Part shown: positions 6,303 to 13,751 of the stretch, in pieces
How positions within the stretch are numbered: position 1 is the first letter of the stretch
Layout: each line of letters starts with the position of its first letter
Assembly (NCBI GenBank): GCA_038873795.1
Contig: JAVZDR010000007.1
Span: 1-20,751, forward strand
Direction of reading: 5' to 3'
Length of the DNA: 20,751 bases
DNA from: Candidatus Micrarchaeaceae archaeon
GTDB lineage: Archaea; Micrarchaeota; Micrarchaeia; Micrarchaeales; CABMGC01
Notes under the pieces: generated by a model
Database searches by the model: none
Told to the model about the DNA's origin: nothing
Seen by the model: the letters and a program-made list of their open reading frames with translations, nothing else
Program-made: the position numbers and the translations under genes

Positions 6303-7895
6303 ATGAGCAAATACCTGGAGACCAAAAATAGGATACTAGATCTGCTTGAAAAGAAAAAAATGACGCTCAGTGATATCTCTTCTGAGCTGAACCTTGCGCC
6401 ATCAACTGTAAGCCAGCACCTCAGGGAGCTAGAGGAGAAGGGCTTCATAAGCGAGGTTGATAACCCTTATGTGAGGAAATGGAAGTACTATCAGGCAAAC
6501 AAGCCGGCATATGGAAGAGAGGTCTCTTATAACACCAGCAAGATGGATAAAAGGATGCTGCTGGGTGTCGCCGCTGCTGCTGCAATGATCATATTGGGAA
6601 TTACCTTCTTTATTTTCTCAGCCCAGAGCGTTGGACCAAGCATAAGCCTTTCGCCAGGGTCCAGCATTCCGATCGGCAGCACAATATTTACAATCTCTGA
6701 TTCGCCAGGGTTTGCTGACATAACTGGCGTTTATGTGAACATAAGCGGCGCAATGATACATAGCGAAACAACTGGCAAATGGTATAGGCTGCCCATTGCT
6801 GCAAAAACATACAATCTTGTAGAACTTAGGAATACTTCCGCAATATTATCAGGGGTTGCACTGAAAAGTGGGGTATATAATGAGATTGTGCTGGATGTGC
6901 AAAGCGCGACTGCCACCCTCAATGGGACAAACCAAAGTGTATTCATTCCAAGCGGCAAGCTCATTATATTAGGCAAATTCAACATATCCAACTCCACAAC
7001 TAACTGGGTTAATATAGACTTCAATCTGGCTAAATCGCTGCATATAACGGGCAATGGCAAGGTAGTGCTGCTTCCAGTATTGACGACAGAGCTGAGGCAG
7101 GGGGCAGAGCTGGATGTTGGCCAGAACCTGAATATAGGAATTAGGTCTTTTGGTCTGCTCAAGGCCCATGAGATTTGCGGCATGAACGAAAGCGGCAAGA
7201 TGATCGCAAATTTCTCAATACCGCAAAACAGGAGCATTGAGATAGCCAAGGGCCATGCCGTTATTGTAGGCCTGCGTAGCATGCCCATGATTGTCAGGGG
7301 CAAGGGTGTGATTTGGATTAGTCTCGGGAATGTGGTCAATGCAAGCTCAATAAATGAAGTTGCGAATGGCAGGATGATAAGCATAAATGGCACAGCCGGC
7401 TGCTACGTTGAAGGTGGTGCGCTGAATTGCGAGAGCAATGCAAGCCCAGGATCGAATGCGGCCGCAATAATAGCAAGCAGGTTGAACATAAGCTGCTGCA
7501 GAGGATTGGTGGTCCCTCCCGCCACAGCCAATGTTTCAAATCGGCTTGGGCCAGCATGGAATATCAGCAAAAATAGCACCGTGATCAATGCAAGCATCGA
7601 GCTTGCACTTGTAAAAACAGTCGATCCAAGTGCTACGCCGAGCGCGTTTGCGTGCACCACCAATTCTGATTGCGTGTTGGTGCCAATAACAAGGTGCCAG
7701 AACGGTGTTTTAGGCCAGCAGGTTGCAATGAACTCGGCCTATGCAAGGCTCTACATGTCTTTCTACAACATTTGGGCATCACGCCCTCCGATCTGCCCCA
7801 TGTTCATAGTCGAGAGCACGTCTGCGCCAGAGTGCATAGCAAACCAGTGCGTGCTGATCTATTCAAGACCGGCAATGCCTACAAGCATAAGCTAA
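6303..7895 (+). CDS. Transmembrane transcription regulator candidate: ArsR-like winged HTH + TM + DUF4382-like domain + C-terminal Cys-rich domain
   Basis: RILDLLEKKKMTLSDISSELNLAPSTVSQHLRELEEKGFI (ArsR-type HTH); TM LLGVAAAAAMIILGITFFIFSA; TISDSP...VYVNIS...YNLVEL...GVYNEIVL...IPSGKL...IDFNLAKSL...LLPVL (DUF4382 pattern); CTTNSDC...C...C...CIANQC tail. ATG 6303 preferred over 6264, which lies upstream of the TATA box. Confidence 0.85.
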   Translation: MSKYLETKNRILDLLEKKKMTLSDISSELNLAPSTVSQHLRELEEKGFISEVDNPYVRKWKYYQANKPAYGREVSYNTSKMDKRMLLGVAAAAAMIILGITFFIFSAQSVGPSISLSPGSSIPIGSTIFTISDSPGFADITGVYVNISGAMIHSETTGKWYRLPIAAKTYNLVELRNTSAILSGVALKSGVYNEIVLDVQSATATLNGTNQSVFIPSGKLIILGKFNISNSTTNWVNIDFNLAKSLHITGNGKVVLLPVLTTELRQGAELDVGQNLNIGIRSFGLLKAHEICGMNESGKMIANFSIPQNRSIEIAKGHAVIVGLRSMPMIVRGKGVIWISLGNVVNASSINEVANGRMISINGTAGCYVEGGALNCESNASPGSNAAAIIASRLNISCCRGLVVPPATANVSNRLGPAWNISKNSTVINASIELALVKTVDPSATPSAFACTTNSDCVLVPITRCQNGVLGQQVAMNSAYARLYMSFYNIWASRPPICPMFIVESTSAPECIANQCVLIYSRPAMPTSIS

Positions 7896-8581
7896 TGCTT
7901 CTGTGGATTCTGTGCAAGCCCTGCAAGATATATCTCTGAAGACATTTTGAACCTAGAAACGCTGTGCATGATGACCCTGCCTGTGCCCATGAAGGTTGCA
8001 AGGAAGAGCCCAACTCCGCCGAACATGGCTGTTCTTATATTGTCGACAAACCTTACCTTGTACTGCAGCGAAGAATCGAACCCTGCTATGTGGCCTGGGT
8101 CTACCTCAAGCTGCCTTGTGCCATCGAGAGTATGCTCTATTGTGTCGCCTACGGTGTGTATGAAGACCTTGCCAGGGCCTACGAACTTCTGCAGAATCAG
8201 GCCAGCTCCCCCGAAGAACGCGGCGCCGAGGCTCACTGTCTGTATTGTGAATTTGACAGTATCTTCAGCCGCAAGGAAAGCATAGTGCTCAGCTATGAAC
8301 TCCTGGCCGTCTGTCAGCGCTATCTCCTTTATCTTACCTGGAAAAACGCCGGCCACAGAAACGACGTCGTCCTGGCCTGTCGAGAGGAATTCTGTGAGCA
8401 TGCCTGTTGCGCCTGTCATCTTCCTCTCAATCGCGCCGATGAGCCCACCGACTATCCTTGGGGTCATCTTTACAGTCTCGGTCTTGCTCAGCAGCTTGCC
8501 CGAATCAGAGTATATCTTCTCGCCATTTCCAAGCGAGATTCTCAGCGACTGCATGCTGCTCCCAACAATCTCATAATCCAC
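7892..8581 (-). CDS. AIM24 family protein (DUF124/TIGR00266)
   Basis: MDYEIVGSSMQSLRISL, FPGKI, AFLAAE, FFGGAGLILQKFVGPGKVFIH, VDPGHIAGFD, FGGVGLFLATFMGTGRV. The GTG start overlaps the gatE stop by 1 nt. Confidence 0.93.
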   Translation of the reverse strand: MDYEIVGSSMQSLRISLGNGEKIYSDSGKLLSKTETVKMTPRIVGGLIGAIERKMTGATGMLTEFLSTGQDDVVSVAGVFPGKIKEIALTDGQEFIAEHYAFLAAEDTVKFTIQTVSLGAAFFGGAGLILQKFVGPGKVFIHTVGDTIEHTLDGTRQLEVDPGHIAGFDSSLQYKVRFVDNIRTAMFGGVGLFLATFMGTGRVIMHSVSRFKMSSEIYLAGLAQNPQKH

Positions 8582-10422
8582 TAAACCACCTTTCTCAAAA
8601 TATCATTGAGCTCGCTGCCATCGACTACAAGCCTGTATTTTGACATTATCTCCTTTGCAAGCGCCTCCTTGCTTCCTGCATGGAATCTTTTCACAAGCGC
8701 CACAAGCGCATTGCCCGAGATTCTTTTAAGGCCTTTTTCATTTATTGTTTTGTCAACATCATCAGCACTCTTTGGAAGAGCCTTCAATATCTCGCCAATG
8801 CCAAGCTTTGTTATCTTCTTGGCAGCATACTTGCTGAAGATGTATGAAAGCACCTCAACAGGTATGGAATTCACGTCTATGCCAGCCCTGCCCAGCTCTT
8901 TGAACTTTTCCAGAAGCACCGCCGCAACTATCTGGGGTTCGACGTCTACTTCGCCGATTATGCTGCGATAGGTTTGCAGCATCGGCGACCTCAGCATCTG
9001 CTCAGCAAGCTGCCCATTCTTTATCTGCTCAAGAAGCTCCCGCCTTGATTCCTCTATATTTGGTGCGGTCTTGAGCAGCCTCTTGTAATATGCTAAGTCT
9101 GTCTCTATTGGCTTCACATCGGTTTCGGGATACATCCTTGAACCGCCAGGCAGGAGCCTCAGGAACCTTGTCTGCATCGAGGCTTGGTCTACGGCCCTCG
9201 TTTCAGGGGGCACGCCCTCTATGGCTGAGACCGCCCTGCCCAATGCAAGATCAATAGCCCTTTTCGCTGCCCCGCCTTCTGCAGCCACTATTATGAAAGC
9301 ATCACCATTGCCAATCCTGAGCGCCTCCTCTAGTTTAGATATCTCATCGCTGCTGATTCCATATGCTCTGAGATCCTCGTCACTGTGTATTATGCCGCCG
9401 ACGCCTGCAGCCTTTGCATAGTCGCTTATCTCGCTGCCAAGCCTTCTCCCCTTGTTTATCTCTCTGCCAAGCATTCCCTTGAATCCGCGAAGCCTTGCGG
9501 CAAAGACGCTCCCGCCGCGCATTACAGCATGGGAGATTATGTGGGACTCAGTGCCATGGAATAGATCAGTTACATCAACTGGCTTGCCCACCTCAGCAGA
9601 TGCATTTTTGAGTGCATTGCTTATTTCTATGAGCTTCATCTGCCTTTCAACCTCATTCCTTATCACAGCATCCATTATGCCAAGGTCCTGGAAGCCCTTT
9701 ATCTCGACCCTTGCGCCGCCGGTTATTGAGATATTAACGTCCTGCCTTATTGTACCTATGCCCCTCTGGACCTTCGATGTAAGCCTGAGGAGTGTGCCTA
9801 TGGAGAGCGCAACAGCCTTGGCTTCTTCTGGTGTTGAAATTACAGGAGCTGTGTCTATCTCCACAAGCGGAATGCCAAACCTATCGAGATTGTAAGAGAC
9901 GCTTGTGGCATCGCTCTTCTCTATCCCACCTGATTCCTCCTCAAGGAAGATGCCCTCTATGCCTATCTTCTTGCCATTGATTGCCATCTCACCTCCATAG
10001 CCTATGAGCAGCGTCCTTTGGAAAGCGCTTGGGTCGCTTCCATCAACAACCTCTTTGCGCATTGGCTCTATTTCGTCAGGTATCTTGGCATTGAAAGAGG
10101 CCGCAATAAGCATCGCTATCTCAAGCGCTTCCCTATTGAGTTCATGGGGTGGCTCCTCATCTATATCAACAAGGCATGTGCTCTTTTCGAAGAGGTTATA
10201 GAGGAAGCTGCGGTTTCTCTCGCTCTCGAAGAAAGTCGATCTGTCTATTTTTCCGAGCTCTCCGGCAACAGCCCTTTGCCTTCGCTCAACCGATGCTATT
10301 CGCATCGATGATGGTATGGTTGCATCACACCCGCAGAAAAGCTTGCTCCTTGTAAGGAGGCGCTGATGTATCTCAAGTCCGCACCTGAAACCTATGCTCT
10401 TGTAGTATTTTGCATCTTCCAT
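8581..10422 (-). CDS. gatE: Glutamyl-tRNA(Gln) amidotransferase subunit E
   Basis: GFRCGLEIHQRL, DEEPPH, MRKEVVDGSDPSAFQRT, RGIGTIRQDVNISI, RVEIKG, LPGGSRMYPETD. Confidence 0.98.
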   Translation of the reverse strand: MEDAKYYKSIGFRCGLEIHQRLLTRSKLFCGCDATIPSSMRIASVERRQRAVAGELGKIDRSTFFESERNRSFLYNLFEKSTCLVDIDEEPPHELNREALEIAMLIAASFNAKIPDEIEPMRKEVVDGSDPSAFQRTLLIGYGGEMAINGKKIGIEGIFLEEESGGIEKSDATSVSYNLDRFGIPLVEIDTAPVISTPEEAKAVALSIGTLLRLTSKVQRGIGTIRQDVNISITGGARVEIKGFQDLGIMDAVIRNEVERQMKLIEISNALKNASAEVGKPVDVTDLFHGTESHIISHAVMRGGSVFAARLRGFKGMLGREINKGRRLGSEISDYAKAAGVGGIIHSDEDLRAYGISSDEISKLEEALRIGNGDAFIIVAAEGGAAKRAIDLALGRAVSAIEGVPPETRAVDQASMQTRFLRLLPGGSRMYPETDVKPIETDLAYYKRLLKTAPNIEESRRELLEQIKNGQLAEQMLRSPMLQTYRSIIGEVDVEPQIVAAVLLEKFKELGRAGIDVNSIPVEVLSYIFSKYAAKKITKLGIGEILKALPKSADDVDKTINEKGLKRISGNALVALVKRFHAGSKEALAKEIMSKYRLVVDGSELNDILRKVV

Positions 10423-10431
10423 CCTATCGTG

Positions 10432-10788
10432 CTACTTTTGCTCCTTCTGCTGGGCGTTGCCTCCCTTCCTACGCTCAGAGGATCTGAGCTCTATGCCTAG
10501 CTTCGCCACCTTGTAGCCAACGCTGGCAAAGACTAAAAGGAGGATTATTGCAAGGAAGTCGTATGATATCTGCTGAAGCTGCATAGAGCCGAGTATGCCC
10601 TGAACCACGCCCTGCACAATGCCCTGCGGAGTGCTTGCCGAGGTTGTATTTATGGCCACTTGCGGCGGTTTTTGGGCGCCGGCATAGAGCATCTGCTCGT
10701 AAAGGAGGTATGCCTCATAGAATGTGAAGAGCAGTATCAGTATGCCCAGCACGAAGATCAGCAATCCAACAACTTCTGTGCCATTCAT
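10432..10788 (-). CDS. Hypothetical two-TM membrane protein
   Basis: Hydrophobic segments VVGLLIFVLGILILLFTFY and FLAIILLLVFASVGY, a Gln/Thr-rich loop and a basic tail. It fills the gatD-gatE gap with 8-9 nt spacers, and GGTGA precedes the ATG. Confidence 0.85.
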   Translation of the reverse strand: MNGTEVVGLLIFVLGILILLFTFYEAYLLYEQMLYAGAQKPPQVAINTTSASTPQGIVQGVVQGILGSMQLQQISYDFLAIILLLVFASVGYKVAKLGIELRSSERRKGGNAQQKEQK

Positions 10789-10796
10789 TCTTTCAC

Positions 10797-12143
10797 CTAT
10801 ATCAAAAATTCGTCATAATCGCTCCTTTCGCTTATCTCGCCAGCAATGTTTTTGTTGAGCAGGTCTTTTGCCTTATCTACGCTGTAGTTGCCAAGGAGCC
10901 ACCCAAGCTTGACGAGCGCCGTTTCTGGAAGCATATCCTCGCAATATATCACGCCAGCAGAGCTGATGAGACGCAGGTTCCTGTAGACATTGGTATTGAC
11001 CCTGCCATAGAGGCACTGAGAGGTCATCCCAACAACAATTCCTGCATCAACAGCTTTTTTTATGGCGGGCAGCCACAATGCATCCTTGTGCTCTGTCGAG
11101 ACCGGAGCGTGACCAAGGCCCGTACCCTCAAGTATTATGCCTTTGTATTTTTTGCCTGCATAAAAATCAAGAATGCCAGGGTCTGAATTCGGGTAAATCT
11201 TCACAAGAGCGACCCTTGGCTCGTATTTTGTTTTTGCTACGACCTTTTGCCTTTCGCCTACTTCCATCTTTTTGTAATCGGAGTTGTAAGATATGGCACC
11301 ATCACTTGTTACGAATGCTATGGGCTTGCTGTTTATGGGCCTGAAGGCATCCCTTCTAGATGTGTGCATCTTCCTCGCTTTTGTACCACGGATGAAAGCG
11401 CATTTATCATCAGAACTTGAATAATGCATGCAGATGCCCACTTCGGCTATGTCTGATTTTGCGGCAAGGTGCGCTGAGCAGATGAGGTTCATGAATGCGT
11501 CGCTTGAACCGCGGTCGCTGCTGCGCTGCGACCCTGTGATTACAATAGGTGCATTTGCTCCCTGAAGCATGAAGCTCAGCACAGCAGATGTGAAGTGCAT
11601 TGTATCTGTGCCGTGGGTTATGACAACGCCCCTTGCGCCGCCATTCAGGGCTGATGCCACCTCTTCGGCGATCTTCTGCCACTCATGATATGTCATATCC
11701 TCGCTGGCTATGCTCATGACATTCTTTACCTTTATGTTTGCAATTCCGCTAAGCTCTGGCACATCATAAAGCAGCTCCTCTGGCTTTGTCAGCATGTAGA
11801 CTCCGCCAGTCGCATAGTCTATCTTGCTCCCTATCGTGCCGCCAGTATAAAGGAGAGTTACCTTTGGAAGGTCCGCATTGCTCGGTAGGATGCCCTTGGG
11901 GAATGAGAATTCCTCCCTTGCCGATCCTGAACGCTCTATTGCAACATCAGCATCAAACCTGATTCCTATGTTGTAGCCGTTCCTCAGCTTGATAACTATT
12001 ATATTCTCATCGCCCACATCGGGCCTTGGCATGAGTATGCCTTCAAAATCAGATCCCTTGGAGCGTATTTTTACTGCATCGCCTATGGTTATGCCCTTCT
12101 TCTTAAAAACATTTTGGAGGGTTTTAGAATACATAAATGACAT
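10797..12143 (-). CDS. gatD: Glutamyl-tRNA(Gln) amidotransferase subunit D
   Basis: N-terminal GILMPR...IKLRNGYNIG domain; asparaginase motifs TGGTI and HGTDT; SQRSSDRGSSDA, RKMHTSRRDAF, DMLPETALVKLGW. Confidence 0.98.
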   Translation of the reverse strand: MSFMYSKTLQNVFKKKGITIGDAVKIRSKGSDFEGILMPRPDVGDENIIVIKLRNGYNIGIRFDADVAIERSGSAREEFSFPKGILPSNADLPKVTLLYTGGTIGSKIDYATGGVYMLTKPEELLYDVPELSGIANIKVKNVMSIASEDMTYHEWQKIAEEVASALNGGARGVVITHGTDTMHFTSAVLSFMLQGANAPIVITGSQRSSDRGSSDAFMNLICSAHLAAKSDIAEVGICMHYSSSDDKCAFIRGTKARKMHTSRRDAFRPINSKPIAFVTSDGAISYNSDYKKMEVGERQKVVAKTKYEPRVALVKIYPNSDPGILDFYAGKKYKGIILEGTGLGHAPVSTEHKDALWLPAIKKAVDAGIVVGMTSQCLYGRVNTNVYRNLRLISSAGVIYCEDMLPETALVKLGWLLGNYSVDKAKDLLNKNIAGEISERSDYDEFLI

Positions 12144-12186
12144 AGGGATTTATCAATTTATATATCTAACGCAAAGGCGGCCTTGC

Positions 12187-13479
12187 TCAGTCTATGGCAG
12201 ACCCCAAAACGCAACCCGAAGAATTGCCTACGATTCTGACCATCTTGAATTCACCAAGGTGCGCAGAGCCATCAACCAGCGCAACCTCATTATATGAGTC
12301 GTCCCTGCCAGTGAATGACTTGCCGTTCATCTCTGTTATTAGGACGCGCCTTTCTGTATTCAGCAGCGCGGCCCTGTTCTTTGATTGGATTTCCCTCACA
12401 AGCCGTGACATTCTAACGCTCCTCTCCTTTATTGTGAGGTTGGGCAGCTGCTTCAGCTTTGATGCTGGTGCATGAGGCCTGGCTCCAAACTTTGAGACAT
12501 TTGTGATGCTTGGCATTATCTCTTTGATGAGTGCCATGGATTCTTCAAAGTCAGAATCTGTTTCGGTTGGGTAGCCGACAATTATGTCGGTAGCTATGCT
12601 TATGCCGGGCACCTTCCTGCGCAGCTCAGCAATATAATCCCTGAATTCCTCGACTGAATACCTCCGCTTCATATCCTTGAGCACTTTGTCGCTCCCGCTC
12701 TGGACCGGCAGATGGATGAACTTGTAAATTTTTTCACTTTTATATGCCGCTACCAGGTCGTCGAAATATCTGTGCAGATGCTCGGGATTGAGCATGCCTA
12801 TCCTGACCCTGAATTCGCCGTCTATTGCACTAACGCGCGTAGCAAGTTCTGCTATATTAGTCTTTTTGTCGAAACCATATGCACCTGTATCCTGAGAAGT
12901 TAGTTCTATCTCCTTTGCACCGCTGGCTATACTCATCATTGCAGCTCTAAGTATCAAATCCTCTGAAAAGCTATTGAGCGGACCCCTGGCAAATTTGGTC
13001 TCGCAGAAGGTGCAACTGCTCAGGCATCCTTCGCTTATGGGTATCCTGGCTATCACCGAGCTTCTGCCATTTCCGAAGAGCGCGAGCTTGTCTGTCCTCA
13101 TGTATTGCAGGTATCTTGCCTGCGTGCCGGCATCTACTTCAGATACCACGTCGCTTATTCTGCTTATGTTGCTTGTGCTTATTATCGAGGCAAGCGGCAC
13201 AGTCTTTGATATTTTCTCTGCGTCTGCACTAGCGAGGCAGCCTGCTACTATCAGCCGATTGCCTAAGCCATTAAGCTTCTCAAGCCTGCTGAGTATCTTC
13301 TGTTCTGTAGGCGTCTTGACCGTGCATGTGTTTATTATTACGTAATCGTAGCCGTCGCCGATGCTGTATCTGCCCTGCTCCACGGCTATGCCCTGCCTTG
13401 AAAGAAGTCCTGCCATTATGTCGCTGTCGGCTTGGTTCAGGGTGCACCCATAAGTCTCGATTATTGCCTTTTTTGGCAT
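12187..13479 (-). CDS. mtaB: Archaeal MiaB-like radical-SAM tRNA methylthiotransferase (t6A37 to ms2t6A, MtaB/CDKAL1 type)
   Basis: UPF0004 Cys motifs TYGC, NTCTV and AGCL; CLSSCTFC radical-SAM motif; SQDTGAYG, RIGMLNP, HLPVQSGS, TDIIVGYPTET; C-terminal TRAM domain. Confidence 0.92.
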   Translation of the reverse strand: MPKKAIIETYGCTLNQADSDIMAGLLSRQGIAVEQGRYSIGDGYDYVIINTCTVKTPTEQKILSRLEKLNGLGNRLIVAGCLASADAEKISKTVPLASIISTSNISRISDVVSEVDAGTQARYLQYMRTDKLALFGNGRSSVIARIPISEGCLSSCTFCETKFARGPLNSFSEDLILRAAMMSIASGAKEIELTSQDTGAYGFDKKTNIAELATRVSAIDGEFRVRIGMLNPEHLHRYFDDLVAAYKSEKIYKFIHLPVQSGSDKVLKDMKRRYSVEEFRDYIAELRRKVPGISIATDIIVGYPTETDSDFEESMALIKEIMPSITNVSKFGARPHAPASKLKQLPNLTIKERSVRMSRLVREIQSKNRAALLNTERRVLITEMNGKSFTGRDDSYNEVALVDGSAHLGEFKMVRIVGNSSGCVLGSAID

Positions 13480-13521
13480 TTAGACCATCAGCTGCTGCTA
13501 GCCTATCCTTTTATATTTTTC

Positions 13522-13530
13522 TTATATAAA
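13522..13530 (+). promoter_or_regulatory. Candidate TATA box for the small zinc-finger gene
   Basis: TTATATAAA ends 25 nt before ATG 13556, the usual leaderless archaeal spacing. Confidence 0.55.
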
Positions 13531-13555
13531 AAATCTTATTACTTTTGATGATTCT

Positions 13556-13750
13556 ATGCTATGCGAGAGATGCGGAGAAAAGATATACAAGTATAATACA
13601 TGCAACTACTGCCACAGGAAGATCTGCAACAACTGCACTAAGAGCTCGAGAAGGCTGAACAAGACAACAAGGCTTGTGATCTGCAAGGACTGCTGGACCA
13701 ACCTATCAACGAGGAGGCAGTACAAGACGGCGATTGGCTTCGCCGACTGA
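13556..13750 (+). CDS. Small basic 8-Cys zinc-finger protein (four CxxC, FYVE-like spacing)
   Basis: CERC-x9-CNYC-x4-CNNC-x15-CKDC. It occupies the gap between mtaB and ileS without overlap and has a TATA box upstream. Confidence 0.85.
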   Translation: MLCERCGEKIYKYNTCNYCHRKICNNCTKSSRRLNKTTRLVICKDCWTNLSTRRQYKTAIGFAD

Positions 13751-13751
13751 T

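Noticed and set aside
6731..7393. Long antisense ORFs (also 7964-8584, 15169-15669, 19827-20369 and similar)
   Set aside because: They are shadow frames of well-supported genes, with no recognisable motifs.
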